64,000 nucleotides of DNA from Camelus dromedarius (Eukaryota). A model generated the notes under the pieces. That model did no database searches. It was not told where the DNA came from and saw only the letters and a list, made by a program, of their open reading frames with translations. The stretch covers positions 34,288,001-34,352,000 of the forward strand of contig NC_087447.1 in the NCBI RefSeq assembly GCF_036321535.1. The letters run 5' to 3'. Both the position numbers and the translations under genes were made by a program. Shown one piece after another: positions 1 through 10,330 of this stretch (positions within the stretch are counted from its first letter, which is position 1; each line of letters begins with the position of its first letter).

Positions 1-207
1 TAATAAATTATACAGTTGTCTATTTATAATGCCTCCCTGAGGGGTGATAATAATGATAATAATTACCACAACCATGTCACATTTGCAGTGAAGTCCCACT
101 TCATCACTCTACAGTAAAGAGAGACCTCTCCCAGCCTCCCTATCCTTATTACTTTGCTGTATTTTTCTCCATAGCACCCATCAACATAAAAATATATATT
201 TTGCTTA

Positions 208-636
208 ACAATGCCATTTGCAGCAACGTGGACGGACCTAGTGATTATCATACTAGGTGAAGTAAGTCAGACAGAGAAAGACAAATACCATATGATATTA
301 CTTATATGTGGAATCTAAAGAAATGACACAAATGAACTTATTTACAAAACAGAAACAGACTCACAGACACAGAAAATAAATTTAGGATTACCAAAGAGGG
401 AAGGAGTCGGGGAGGGATAACTCAGGAGTCTGGGATTAGCAGATACTAACTACCATATATAAAACAGATAAACAATAAGGTCCTACTGTAGAGCACAGAG
501 ACCTACATGCAATACCCTGTAATAACCTATAATGAAAAAGATTTTGAAAAAGAATACATATAGTATAACTGAGTCACTATGCTGTACACCAGAAACTAAT
601 GCTACATTGTAAATCCACTGTAGTTCAATTTAAAAA

Positions 637-637
<1 letters not shown>
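208..637 (+). mobile_element. 5'-truncated LINE-1 3' end, cetartiodactyl type, inserted into an L2 relic
   Basis: Typical L1 ORF2-end/3'UTR text (atgccatttgcagcaac...gtaagtcagacagagaaagacaaataccatatgat...tgctgtacaccagaaactaa) ending in a short A tail. tttgctta is repeated at 200-207 and 694-701. Confidence 0.9.

Positions 638-639
<2 letters not shown>

Positions 640-686
<47 letters not shown>
640..686. repeat. (TA)n microsatellite
   Basis: Pure TA run directly after the L1 tail. Confidence 0.97.
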
Positions 687-688
<2 letters not shown>

Positions 689-693
689 CACAC

Positions 694-820
694 TTTGCTT
701 ATCATCTGTTTCCTCCACTAAAATATAAGCTCCATGCAGGCAAAAATGGCTTTCTGTTTACTAGTGCATCCCCCGATTTGGAGGAGATGTTTGATAAATG
801 TTTATTGAATAAATGAATGC
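694..820 (+). mobile_element. L2 3' end (continuation of a fragment at about 100-207)
   Basis: ccactaaaatataagctccatgcaggca...ataaatgtttattgaataaatgaatg, a characteristic L2 terminus. Confidence 0.7.
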
Positions 821-835
821 ATCACTATTGTTGGA

Positions 836-1030
836 ACAATAGCTAACATTTATTGAGCACTTACTATGTGCTCAGTGCTGCTCGAAATCCATATATTTTA
901 TCAAACACCCCCAGGTTTGAAACGGTTATCCTCATCATTTTATAGATGAAGAAACGGAGCCTCAAAGAGATGAAGTACTACTGTTCAAGGGCACACAGAC
1001 TATTGGTGGCAGAGCTGGGAGGGAACTGAG
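836..1030 (-). mobile_element. MIR SINE
   Basis: aacatttattgagcacttactatgtg...cattttatagatgaagaaac...ggtggcagagctggga is the reverse of the MIR core. Confidence 0.85.
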
Positions 1031-2987
1031 GCTGATCATCTACACCCCCAACCACCACTCTAAGTCTGGTAGCAGAGACACGGCATACACACAAGCAGCG
1101 TAAGAATTCAGGGGAGTACGGGGTCAAAAGCGGGTTAGCACTACAGCCTGCCAGAGATGCCTGAAGAGGGTATGGTCAGATAGGGCTTCTTAGAAGAAAG
1201 GAGACTTGCTGTGAGCTTTGGAAGATGGGATAGTACATGGGCAGATGGAAGAAGCACTTAGTCTGAGGAAGCAGTGAAAGCGGAAAAATCACAGAGCTGA
1301 CCATACTAATAAGAACAAACAGCTTCTATCTGGAAGCCCTGCACAGTAAAATTTAAAACACTGCTGTCATCTGGAGGGCCCTGAATGCCGTGGAGGAGCG
1401 AGTTTCACTCGAGGAGCGAGCTTCATTCGTTAGTAAGAAGGATCTCACAAGAGGTTTCCTACCAGGAAAGTGACGTAGTGGGCAGTCTATATCCTGAAAC
1501 TTCACATCAGTAACAAGGCCAGAGAAGCTGGCAGGAGTCATAAGTGGGGACTAAGATTCCCCTGGACCCTCTACAGATACACACCCTCTTAAGCCCAGGG
1601 CACAGACTTGAGCTGACAAATCCCTGTTTAAAGCACCTTCCTTCCCATAGATTTGTTTGTGTTTCAGGTCCTATCATGCTCCCTGTGAGCACAAGCCCTT
1701 TTCTCACTACGGCAGAGATAACATGTAACACTGGCTAATCCTTGTCCCACACCACAGAGTTATGTATGGAAGTAATTAGTATCTGTGGTGGGAAGGACCA
1801 TTCTCTCCTACCTCCCAGCCATCCCAAACATCTCCATCACACTTTATTACCCTGTTTAAATAACATCTGTCAACTCATTTCAACCCCTTGCCTCTTTTCA
1901 CGGCCTCGCCACCTCCCTGGCTGCTGCTCCTATAACATCATAGCCAGCACTTCTGCAACATCTGAGTCAAAAGGAACAATGCTTGGAATAGCTCCTGTGT
2001 CACCCAACCAGGAGCCCTAGGCTAGTAGCTGGGTGGACAATGGCAGTCTGGTCCATATATCCTCGGAGCCTAGATATGCTGGGAAAAAACTTGGTCACAT
2101 GCCTTCTAGGTGACTGGCATTTTATGACAGAAACCAGAAACAAAACCAAGAAAAAAAAAATTTTTTTTTTTAAATTTTTGCTGGCTCCACACAAAAACAC
2201 TAGCATAAGTAATGAGAGCACTGTTGGGTCACCAGCGGGACCAATTATAAATCTCTATATCCATATTAACACAAAAATTAAGGAAAACATGTTACCTCAA
2301 AATGTTACCCTACAGAAGTCATTTACTAATTTGGGGGTTTTACTTTCCTCCCCTCCCAATGTTCATTTCTTTAGTTTCCCAGTAATTAACCAAAGTCAAA
2401 ACCATCCTTACTTGCTCTGGTTTCAATTCTGAAAAGTATATCACGGTTATGATGGCTCATTACCCACAGCAGAACTGCATATGGAAATGTTCCTGTATAT
2501 TTCAGCCTGGTTTCTCCAGGAAAGGATGGAGTTTCTTGCTCTGGAGATTTTTGGAATTAATAGAAAATGGACATGATGATTTCAGTACCTGGGAATGGTA
2601 AAATCTATTCCGGTTACAATTAGTGGAAGCAGGGGAAAGTTCTAGAAGTTTCTGAAAGTGGAAATTACTGATATTTTCCAGCAGAAGACAGGAGTACCTT
2701 CAGGTGAGTGGTCAACGAGCTTTATCCAGAAAAAAAGCAAAAGTTGTTGAGACAAGAATCAGTCTATGTACAGAAAGACAAGTAAGAGCTGGAGGACCAT
2801 TGATTTTCGACACAGAACATGGTCGCTTATGGGCGCTGCAGTGCCCACAGCATCCTTGCCTCTGGAGGGACCAATATAACTGCAGAAAGGCAGACAGGGC
2901 CCTTTAACCCACTGACCTCTTTAAATCTGCTTGTTAGCCTGGCTGTGGGCTGGCCTGGGGGCCTGTGACCAATGCCTCTCTGGGGAA

Positions 2988-3000
2988 AGGTCAAAGGTCA
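2988..3000 (+). promoter_or_regulatory. Perfect DR1 nuclear-receptor element AGGTCAaAGGTCA (also two overlapping AAAGGTCA NBREs)
   Basis: Exact consensus in the sequence; function untested. Confidence 0.5.
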
Positions 3001-3374
3001 GAGGCACATTCCCTCACCATCATTATTCTCAATTATTCTTCATTCAGAGCCACTTTCTCCCTCATTTTGAGGAAGGGCCCCGTAAGTGTTTACCAGGACA
3101 CTGAAGGGCAATGACCCAACCCAGCTCCATTCACTGTGTTTCCTTTCCTCTCTACCTCACTCACAGCATCTCCTTGACCAAAGATGATAATAGGGCATGG
3201 CAACCTGCAGAGAGAAACACCAGTGGTGAGCACAGGCCTGTACACAGCACATGCATGCATCCCTAGCTCAGCAGAAGCCCCTGCCGCTCTCCAGGACACA
3301 TGCATGGTTTCATGATAAAGCAGTTTAAGCCACAGCCTTAAACTTTTTGCCATCCGACAAAGCAGACATTCTAC

Positions 3375-3530
3375 AAGTTACTAACCCTGGAATCTTAGGC
3401 AAGTCGCTTACCTCTCTGAGCTTTAATTTCCTCATCTGAATAATAGGGATAATGATAGTTTTTCCTTCTTAGGGTTATGGTGATGACATGGACTACAGCT
3501 CAAAGTAAAGGATCAATACATGTTAGCTAT
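3375..3530 (+). mobile_element. MIR SINE
   Basis: ttaggcaagtcgcttacctctctgagctttaatttcctcatctg...gggataatgatag. Confidence 0.8.
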
Positions 3531-6500
3531 TAATATGATTAACACTAATTATAAGATTATTTTAGCACTATTTTCTATACTTCCTTAATGATAAATGTAA
3601 TGTATGGTCATTGTACAAAATCTAAAATATAAGGAAAAGTAAAGATCAAGAAAACCCCTGGTATCTCCCCCCAAGAACTGAGCCCTGTTAACACTGGGAA
3701 TGCTTCTCTTGAGTGTTTTCTCTGTGCACAGAGACCTGCACACGCTACTGGAGCATTTGGCAATCACAGGAGCAACCATCTGCTGCCTGTCAACTCATTG
3801 CTGGACCCTGAGCTCAAAGCCTGATGCACACTTTTTTCTAATTTTCATGGTAACTCTGTGAGGCAGCATGGCACCTATTTACAGAGGAGCCAACCAAGGC
3901 TAGAAGAGGCTACGCAACTGGCCCCAGGTCACAGGGCTAGTAGTTCCTGAACGGAGCTGTGACTGTGGGTCTCTCTAGCTGGAGCACCTACCTCTGGGCC
4001 CGGGGACGGGCTGCAAGGGTGGCCTCCCCCGCTGCTTTTTCCTCTCCCTAGTCTTTGGCTCTGCCACTTCTCAGGGGATACAAGCTGCTCCAGAAGTGGC
4101 CTCATTGTTTCTCCTTGCCCTGCCCAAGCTGAAATTATCTGAAAGAAGGGAACTGAAGGGAGCGGTGATAAGGATGTCAGAACCACCCACATCATGCTCT
4201 AGGGCTGTGCCCCCTGCTCACCCCCTCCCAGTAGTTGCTTTAGGCCTGAGCAGTCACCGCCTCTCACCTTCATCAAAGGTCCCATGACCCTGTCGGATCA
4301 GATTTGGACAGAGAAGGATTTACCAGCCACTGCCTTCTACCCTCTGTGGGCAGGTGCCTTTCTGACACTCCCCTGCAGAGATAACACAGAAAGATGCAAG
4401 TTTTGCCTCTAATTACTCTTGGCTTTGTTTTGATCCAATTAACCTTAAAATAGAACATGAAGCAAAACCTTTGATTCCACTATTCAGTCAGAACGTGAAT
4501 TTTCCAGCTGTGGGTTCACTGACTTCATGTTCATTGAACTGCATCAGTGATAAAAGTTCAGGCCTGCACCTCAGGCCCCAGGCCCCATTCTGGGATGGTT
4601 AGTCACACACAATTGACTTCTAAGATGTTCCCAGAAGAGCTCCTTCCTACTGAGGACCACTAATGACCCAAAGGTAAGAAAGGTTTGTTTTCCCCAAACT
4701 CATTGGGAGAAAAAACCATTCACCCAACAGCACAATGGAGAGGAGGACAGAGATATGTCTCATTGACTGTTGAAGAAAAAAAAATACAATAACAATTGTT
4801 GTCCCCATTATTAGACACCCATATTTCAGACTCTGTGCAGGACCTTGTTTCTATATTCGCATTTCATCTTTTCACACCTTGGGAAAGAGGACTGTAAAAG
4901 CCTCTTTTACAGATGAGGAAGACTGATTTGGAGATCAGGGAGAGGCAAGATTGGAATTCAAACTGAGAATCATCTGAAAGCAGAGCCTTTTGCAAGCACA
5001 GCCTCCCACCACGAAAGAGCTCTACCCAGAGTCAACACACAACAAACTGGTAATCAATCAGCAAATGATGAAACAAAAAGGTGTCAACTAATGATGTGTC
5101 TGTAGTTTCTAGGATTCTGCAGAAAGCTGAGACCCATCCTTGAGGATAGTAGGGACCATATGAATGTCAAGATGCAGGCATTGACTTTTCCTGCCTGGGG
5201 CAAGGGGCCAGTGGGGTGCCCAGGAGAGTAGCTGCTGCCTCCCCCAGTGCCTCCAGGTTGTTTGAGCTCCTGCAGCCCCTCCCCCACCTGGCCCAGCAGG
5301 TACTTTGGGGATCACAACTACCTTGGGTGGTCCTCACCGAAGGTAGCTGAAAACTGAGACTCAAATCTAAAGACCCAGACAGACCCAATAAAGGCTGACC
5401 TTTGACTCATGTTGGGGAAAGCTCCCTCCATAGGCTAAAAGGGCAGCTACACTGGAGCAGTGAGGACATCCCAGACCTTACCATAGCCACCTGCCACCAA
5501 GCTCTAGAACTTGTCTCCTGGGATGCCATACATTTTCCCCACCAGGGAAATAACTCTTTTCCTTCTTGAGAGCATTTAGGTCTGGCTGCCTGATGCTACC
5601 CAGTCCAGAGCAGGACTCCACTTTTCTATTCTGTATCTTAGAATGGCATCTCAGGTGTAGCATGGAGAGAAAATGTGTGAAACTCCGGGCTCTCCCACAA
5701 CAGTCTGGTCGGAGAAAGATTCCAGGAAAGGATTAGGGAACTGGAATCCTGACATAGTGCAGCAAAGGTGCATAACGTCTGCTAATGTTACAGCACATTA
5801 AATGAAGTTGTAAAATAGTAGCTTAAAGTTAGGCAGGCCAAACATAACACAAGAAGTATGAAAAGCAAGGTGCCATTTTTCCAACAAATAAGTTCATTAT
5901 ACGAAGAACCAGCTTACGTTGATTTACCATCTTGGTACCCAATGCAGCTGCTATGACTTTTTGGGGGGTAACATCTTTGGAGAGTTCACCCCAATAAGTA
6001 TTAATTCCAGTTTATTAATAAACACCCATTCCTTATTGAGTCCTTACTTTGTGCCAGGAAACCTACAAATATGATTTCTGATCCTCACACCAGCTCTACA
6101 AGGTGAAAACTTGCCCCATATTACTGAGAAGGAAGCTGACATCCAAAGGAGCAACTGTCTTGGCCACAGCACTGGCTGACTTCAATGGAGAATTAAGGTC
6201 TCCGCCAGCTGAAACCATCAGATAAAAAACAAATTACAAAAGCAAAACCCAGAGAAGAGCCTTATGATCACATTTTCTCCTTGTGATGGAGAAACAATTC
6301 AGGCTTCCTGGGGCAGAGAGGAAAACGAGGCTCCCCTCAGCCGCCCCAGGAGTGATGGGCGGTTATTTTTGAAATCGGAGGAGGGAAAAAGTACCTGCCG
6401 CCTAGATGGTTCCTACAAGCTTGAAAGAAAATTAAGGCATTGTAAGAGGCTGGAGAAGAGGTCGCAGCGCATATACAAACTGGGCTCACGTTTGTTTCCC

Positions 6501-6936
6501 CCGAACAAGCCAAACTGCAATAGAGATCAACCCCCGCATGCATCCGAAACTATCAAAACACAATGGGAGTGGGGTGGGGCAGCCCATGCAGACCGGGAAC
6601 CCGCACTGAGAACTCCGATCAACGCGCAGGAGACAATCCCCAGCGTGCAACCCAAGAGAGCCCCAGGAATTCGTAGGTGGCAGGGTCTGGAGATAATGCA
6701 GCCCATTCCCAGCCGCCTTCAATAGCTCACAAGCACAAACGCACATCCACTTTCCAGATTAAAAGAAAAAAAAAAACCTGAAATCTATTTTCAAAACAAT
6801 AAGGGAAATACCAAGTACGGAACTCACTTCAGGGGCTTTCCATCATGGGAGGCAATTCCTAATGGGGATGGGGGTTGGGGTGAGGAATAAAAAGTAGAGC
6901 AGTGCCCCGGGAGTGAGGGCTGCAACCCACTCTTAC

Positions 6937-6987
6937 CAGCTTCATGGTGGTGTTATTCTGGTCCCAACGCCACAGCATCACGCTCAT
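6937..6987 (-). CDS. NAV2: Alternative first coding exon (17 codons, MSVMLWRWDQNNTTMKL), probably of neuron navigator 2
   Basis: Seen: the minus strand reads ATG AGC GTG ATG CTG TGG CGT TGG GAC CAG AAT AAC ACC ACC ATG AAG CTG|GTAAGA. It has a phase-0 donor at 6936-6931, an in-frame TGA 9 nt upstream, and sits at the edge of a CpG island. Gene identity is recalled from a NAV2 isoform N-terminus (MSVMLWRWEQNNTTMKL followed by IYTDWANHYL); not database-verified. Confidence 0.7.
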
Positions 6988-7151
6988 CTTACTTCAAGGC
7001 GAGGAGGGAAGGGGGAGAGGAAAAGGGGGAAAAACGGGGTAGGGGGGTGAAGCACCTGCCCGCGCGCCCCGGCAGGTCGGGCCGTCTGGTCCGGAGTCGC
7101 CTCTCTGCCCCCGACCCCTCCGGGCATCCCTGGAGCCCGGGGCCGCCTCAC
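6988..7151 (-). other. Predicted short 5'UTR intron (160-164 nt)
   Basis: Minus strand: donor GGG|GTGAGG at 7151, branch-like TTCAC near 7050, about 45 nt of polypyrimidine (7046-7001), then CCTTGAAG/TAAG/ATG acceptors at 6992 and 6988. Confidence 0.5.
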
Positions 7152-7830
7152 CCCCGCCAGAAGCTGCTGTCGCGCGCGGGGACCCTCCCCAGAAGCCCGG
7201 CGCTCGCGCTGCCCGGCTCTCGTGCCTCCCTCGCTCGCTCCCCGCCGGCCTCCACGCCTCCGCCAAATCAAACAACTCCCCCTGCGTCCGAGCGCCCGCG
7301 CTTCGTAGCGCGGGGGCCGCTGGGGCCGCGGCGGAGGGGGGTCCGGGCCGGCGGACTCTCCGCCCCCTCGCCGGCCCGCCGGCCGCCCGGCTTGGCCCTC
7401 AGCGCATCAACTGACCAGCTTGCCACGGCGTGGGGTGGGAGGATGAGGCGGAAGGGGCAAAAGAGGTTGGAGGGGGGAGGAACTTAACTCTTTCGGGGAG
7501 GGCATGGGTAGGCGGGGCAGGCTTAGGCAGAAATAGGGGAGGTCTGATGGGGCGGGGGAGGGGGCGAGTTGGGGCTGCGGGAGCGCAGTCCGTGGCTCCC
7601 GGGTCCTCGTGGGTCCTGGGCCCAGACACAGCCCACGCCCCTCCCCACATGTGCTCAGCAAGGTTTGCATTTTCCTTCTGCACTGAACTCACCCAAGTTG
7701 TCTGCCATTGGCCACTTCAGGTCCGCGGCCCCTTGGAGCAGCTGGAATTGACGGCGAGATGGACGCACTATCACTACCCCCTCCACCCCCTACTACCCCC
7801 GCCCCGCCACACATACACACACACCCCGCC
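7050..7830 (-). promoter_or_regulatory. CpG island / alternative promoter driving the minus-strand exon
   Basis: Very GC-rich with dense CpG (e.g. gcgcgccccgg, cgcgcgcggg, ggccggcgg) against a CpG-depleted background. GC box GGGGCGGGG near 7549, CCAAT on minus at 7707-7711, no interspersed repeats. Confidence 0.9.
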
Positions 7831-8469
7831 CCGGCTCACATGCAGCTCCCCCAGCTATATTTATTTCCTGCTACGTGAAGGACTGAGCTCCAGTATTTTC
7901 AAACACACCTGGCTGCTGCAGCCGCTAAAAGGACGTGGGGAGGTAGCGGTGTGGAGGTGACAACCAGCGGACAGAGGAAGAAGCTATGTGGCTTTTGTTT
8001 CCTCTTCTGCCTTCCCCACTGGCCACAGGCGGCTCTTTCTCGGGACCTGTCCTGTCCACCCTGTGCCTTCCTCTGACACTCTCGAGGGCTGGGCACCTCT
8101 TCGCCTTCCTGCCCAACCTTTGGCCTGGGTCCAGCATCCCCTAATCTGGCAAGCGACACTCCAGGGCTCCGTAGCAACCTTCAGTATCCTGCAAAGTCTC
8201 AGCTCCCCAAGGCAAGATGTCACCAAGACCTGGGGGCTGTATCTGATTGGGGCTGCACTGACCCTGCGGATAGAGAGCTATAATGAGAACTCATGCAGTT
8301 GCCTTATTACACATTCATTTCAGTAGTCAAAACTGTTCAAAATGAGGGGAGGTGATAGAATGGGTCCTGGTCTTTTTAAAGTGATCTTTAAAACATGCCC
8401 ATTTGACCCAGCTACCTGACTAAACCTTTCAGGATTTGGTTTCCCTTCATAGTTGAAAAATCCCAACTC

Positions 8470-8860
8470 TTTTTCTATGGCCTATAACTTCATCTCCCAC
8501 TCTCTCCTTCTGGGCTCCAGCAGCAGTAGCCTTCTTTCTTTTTCTCAAACACATGGAAATCCTTCCCACCTCAGGACCTTTGCACCTGACAGTCCCTCTC
8601 TCTAGATCACTGTTTCCCCTAGAGCTGCCCGTGGTCTCATTTTCATGTCACCTCCTGAGGGACTTTTGACTTTTCATGTAGCAACCTTCTCTAGCCCATT
8701 ACTGTTGTCATTCCTTCCTTGTTCTCCTCACTGTGTGAACTTAGCTAACTTGTATTCTAGTTTCTGACTTTGTCTATTTTGTTCCCCCAAGGTGTCCTCA
8801 AGTGCCTGGAACAGTGTGTGGTATGGGGTGGGAGCTCAGTAAATGTTTCCAAATGAAAAC
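8470..8860 (+). mobile_element. L2 3' fragment
   Basis: ccttcccacctcaggacctttgcacctg...gtgcctggaacagtgtgtgg...ctcagtaaatgttt. Confidence 0.7.
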
Positions 8861-9666
8861 TGTTGATAACTGTCCTACTCTAAGTTCACGCAGCTTCCTT
8901 TACAATGAGGACAAAGCCAGACCTGGGTAGCGTATCCCACAACCTGCCGGAGGCCCTGACCTAGACTGGATGACTGCAAGAGACCCTTTTCTGTACATCT
9001 CTAGACATATTTCTGGAGAATGAAACAAAGTCATCTATGCTGCCTCCAGGGAAGGGGCACGTCCTAAAGAAACAGAAAACGGAAAGCATGTGTCATTTTT
9101 AAAAGCATATTCCATATTAAAATACACTTATGTATTTGGAAAATGAGATTCAAAAATAACTTTTTTTCCTGAAAATAAAGCCTGACAAAATATTATTGGC
9201 CAAGAGAGCAAAACACAAGCTCTCTATTGCAGCTATTTTAAGCCAGGCGATTCTTAGAGCTGGGTGGGAGGATACGGAGCCCAGAAACCTTCTGGATGTG
9301 AGAAAATGCCATGAGACTGGGCATTATGCATTTTCTTGGGAAGCACCTCTCGGCTTATCACATTCTCTAGGATATCCAGAACATTAAAAAATGACACATC
9401 CCAGGAAGTCATTGAATGAATATTTGGTTCCCAGTCAAAAATCTTTGCTGGTCAAAGATGCAAGGTGCAAGGAGGAATTTGCAGGGTGGAGTTGAGAGGA
9501 CACCTGCCTCAACTTTAATTAAAGGGAATAAATCCTGTGGCCTTGCCTTTCAGAGCTCACACCCTTCAGACCACAGGTATGCTAGCTCGCTTAGCAAACA
9601 CTCCTTGATCATCTACCATGATGCCCTTACCTGACTCTGAGTTGGGTATTGAGAATCAAAGAGGAA

Positions 9667-9669
<3 letters not shown>

Positions 9670-9712
<43 letters not shown>

Positions 9713-9737
9713 CCCCTCTCTCTGTATGTGTGTGTGT
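9670..9737. repeat. (CT)n plus short (TG)n microsatellite
   Basis: Direct inspection. Confidence 0.95.
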
Positions 9738-9829
9738 ACCTACCATGCACACACAGTCTACTGGAAGATGAAAACATACACCACCAGTTGCAGTGCAATG
9801 AGACAGCTGCTTCAAAACAGGGATGAATA

Positions 9830-10330
9830 GTGGGCAGCTGGGGCAGAAAGAAAAAAGCTATGGACAAGACTGGGAAGCATGGAAGAACTTCATGGAGGTT
9901 ACAATGGCCTGCATCTGGAAGATAAAGGCAGGCTGGACAAGAGATGGGATGCCTCCCAGGAAGGTGGAACAGCATGTTCTAGGGTGCAGAGAAGTGAAAA
10001 AGCATGGCAGGTTCTGGGTGGTCTAGATGTAGAGATGAAGTGGCAGGAAGTGGAGTGATCTGTTAGGCCGGAGCAGCCTGGGTCCCTTTAAAAGGGATTC
10101 TACCCTGAATTCTTATAAAACAGGGGAGTGATTTGATTAGATCCCCGTTTTAGGAGGACCTCTCTAGTAATAGCAAGAGGACAGTTTTGATAAGGCAGTG
10201 GCTGGAGAGAGGGAGACCAGCTGGAAGGCTGTTGAAATCAGGCAGGGGATAGAGAGTAAGGACATGAGTGAGGGAAGGTGCTGGGAAAAGCAGACTAACG
10301 TCATCATGGATCCCTGGATGCAGGGAGTGG
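9830..10330 (-). mobile_element. L2 fragment (reverse)
   Basis: Purine-rich degenerate L2 text (ggaaggtggaacagcatg...ggggagtgatttgattagat...ggagagagggagaccagctggaaggctgtt). Confidence 0.6.

Noticed and set aside
63..251. ORF containing SVHVAANG
   Set aside because: Antisense translation of L1 3' sequence.
6822..6828. Alternative downstream donor GAA|GTGAGT for the coding exon
   Set aside because: Extension to it reads through an in-frame TAG; no evidence of use, so not called.
6984..7960. Overlapping 87-176 aa ORFs across the CpG island
   Set aside because: Pro/Arg/Gly/Ala-rich open frames are expected from stop-codon scarcity in GC-rich DNA; no recognisable domain.
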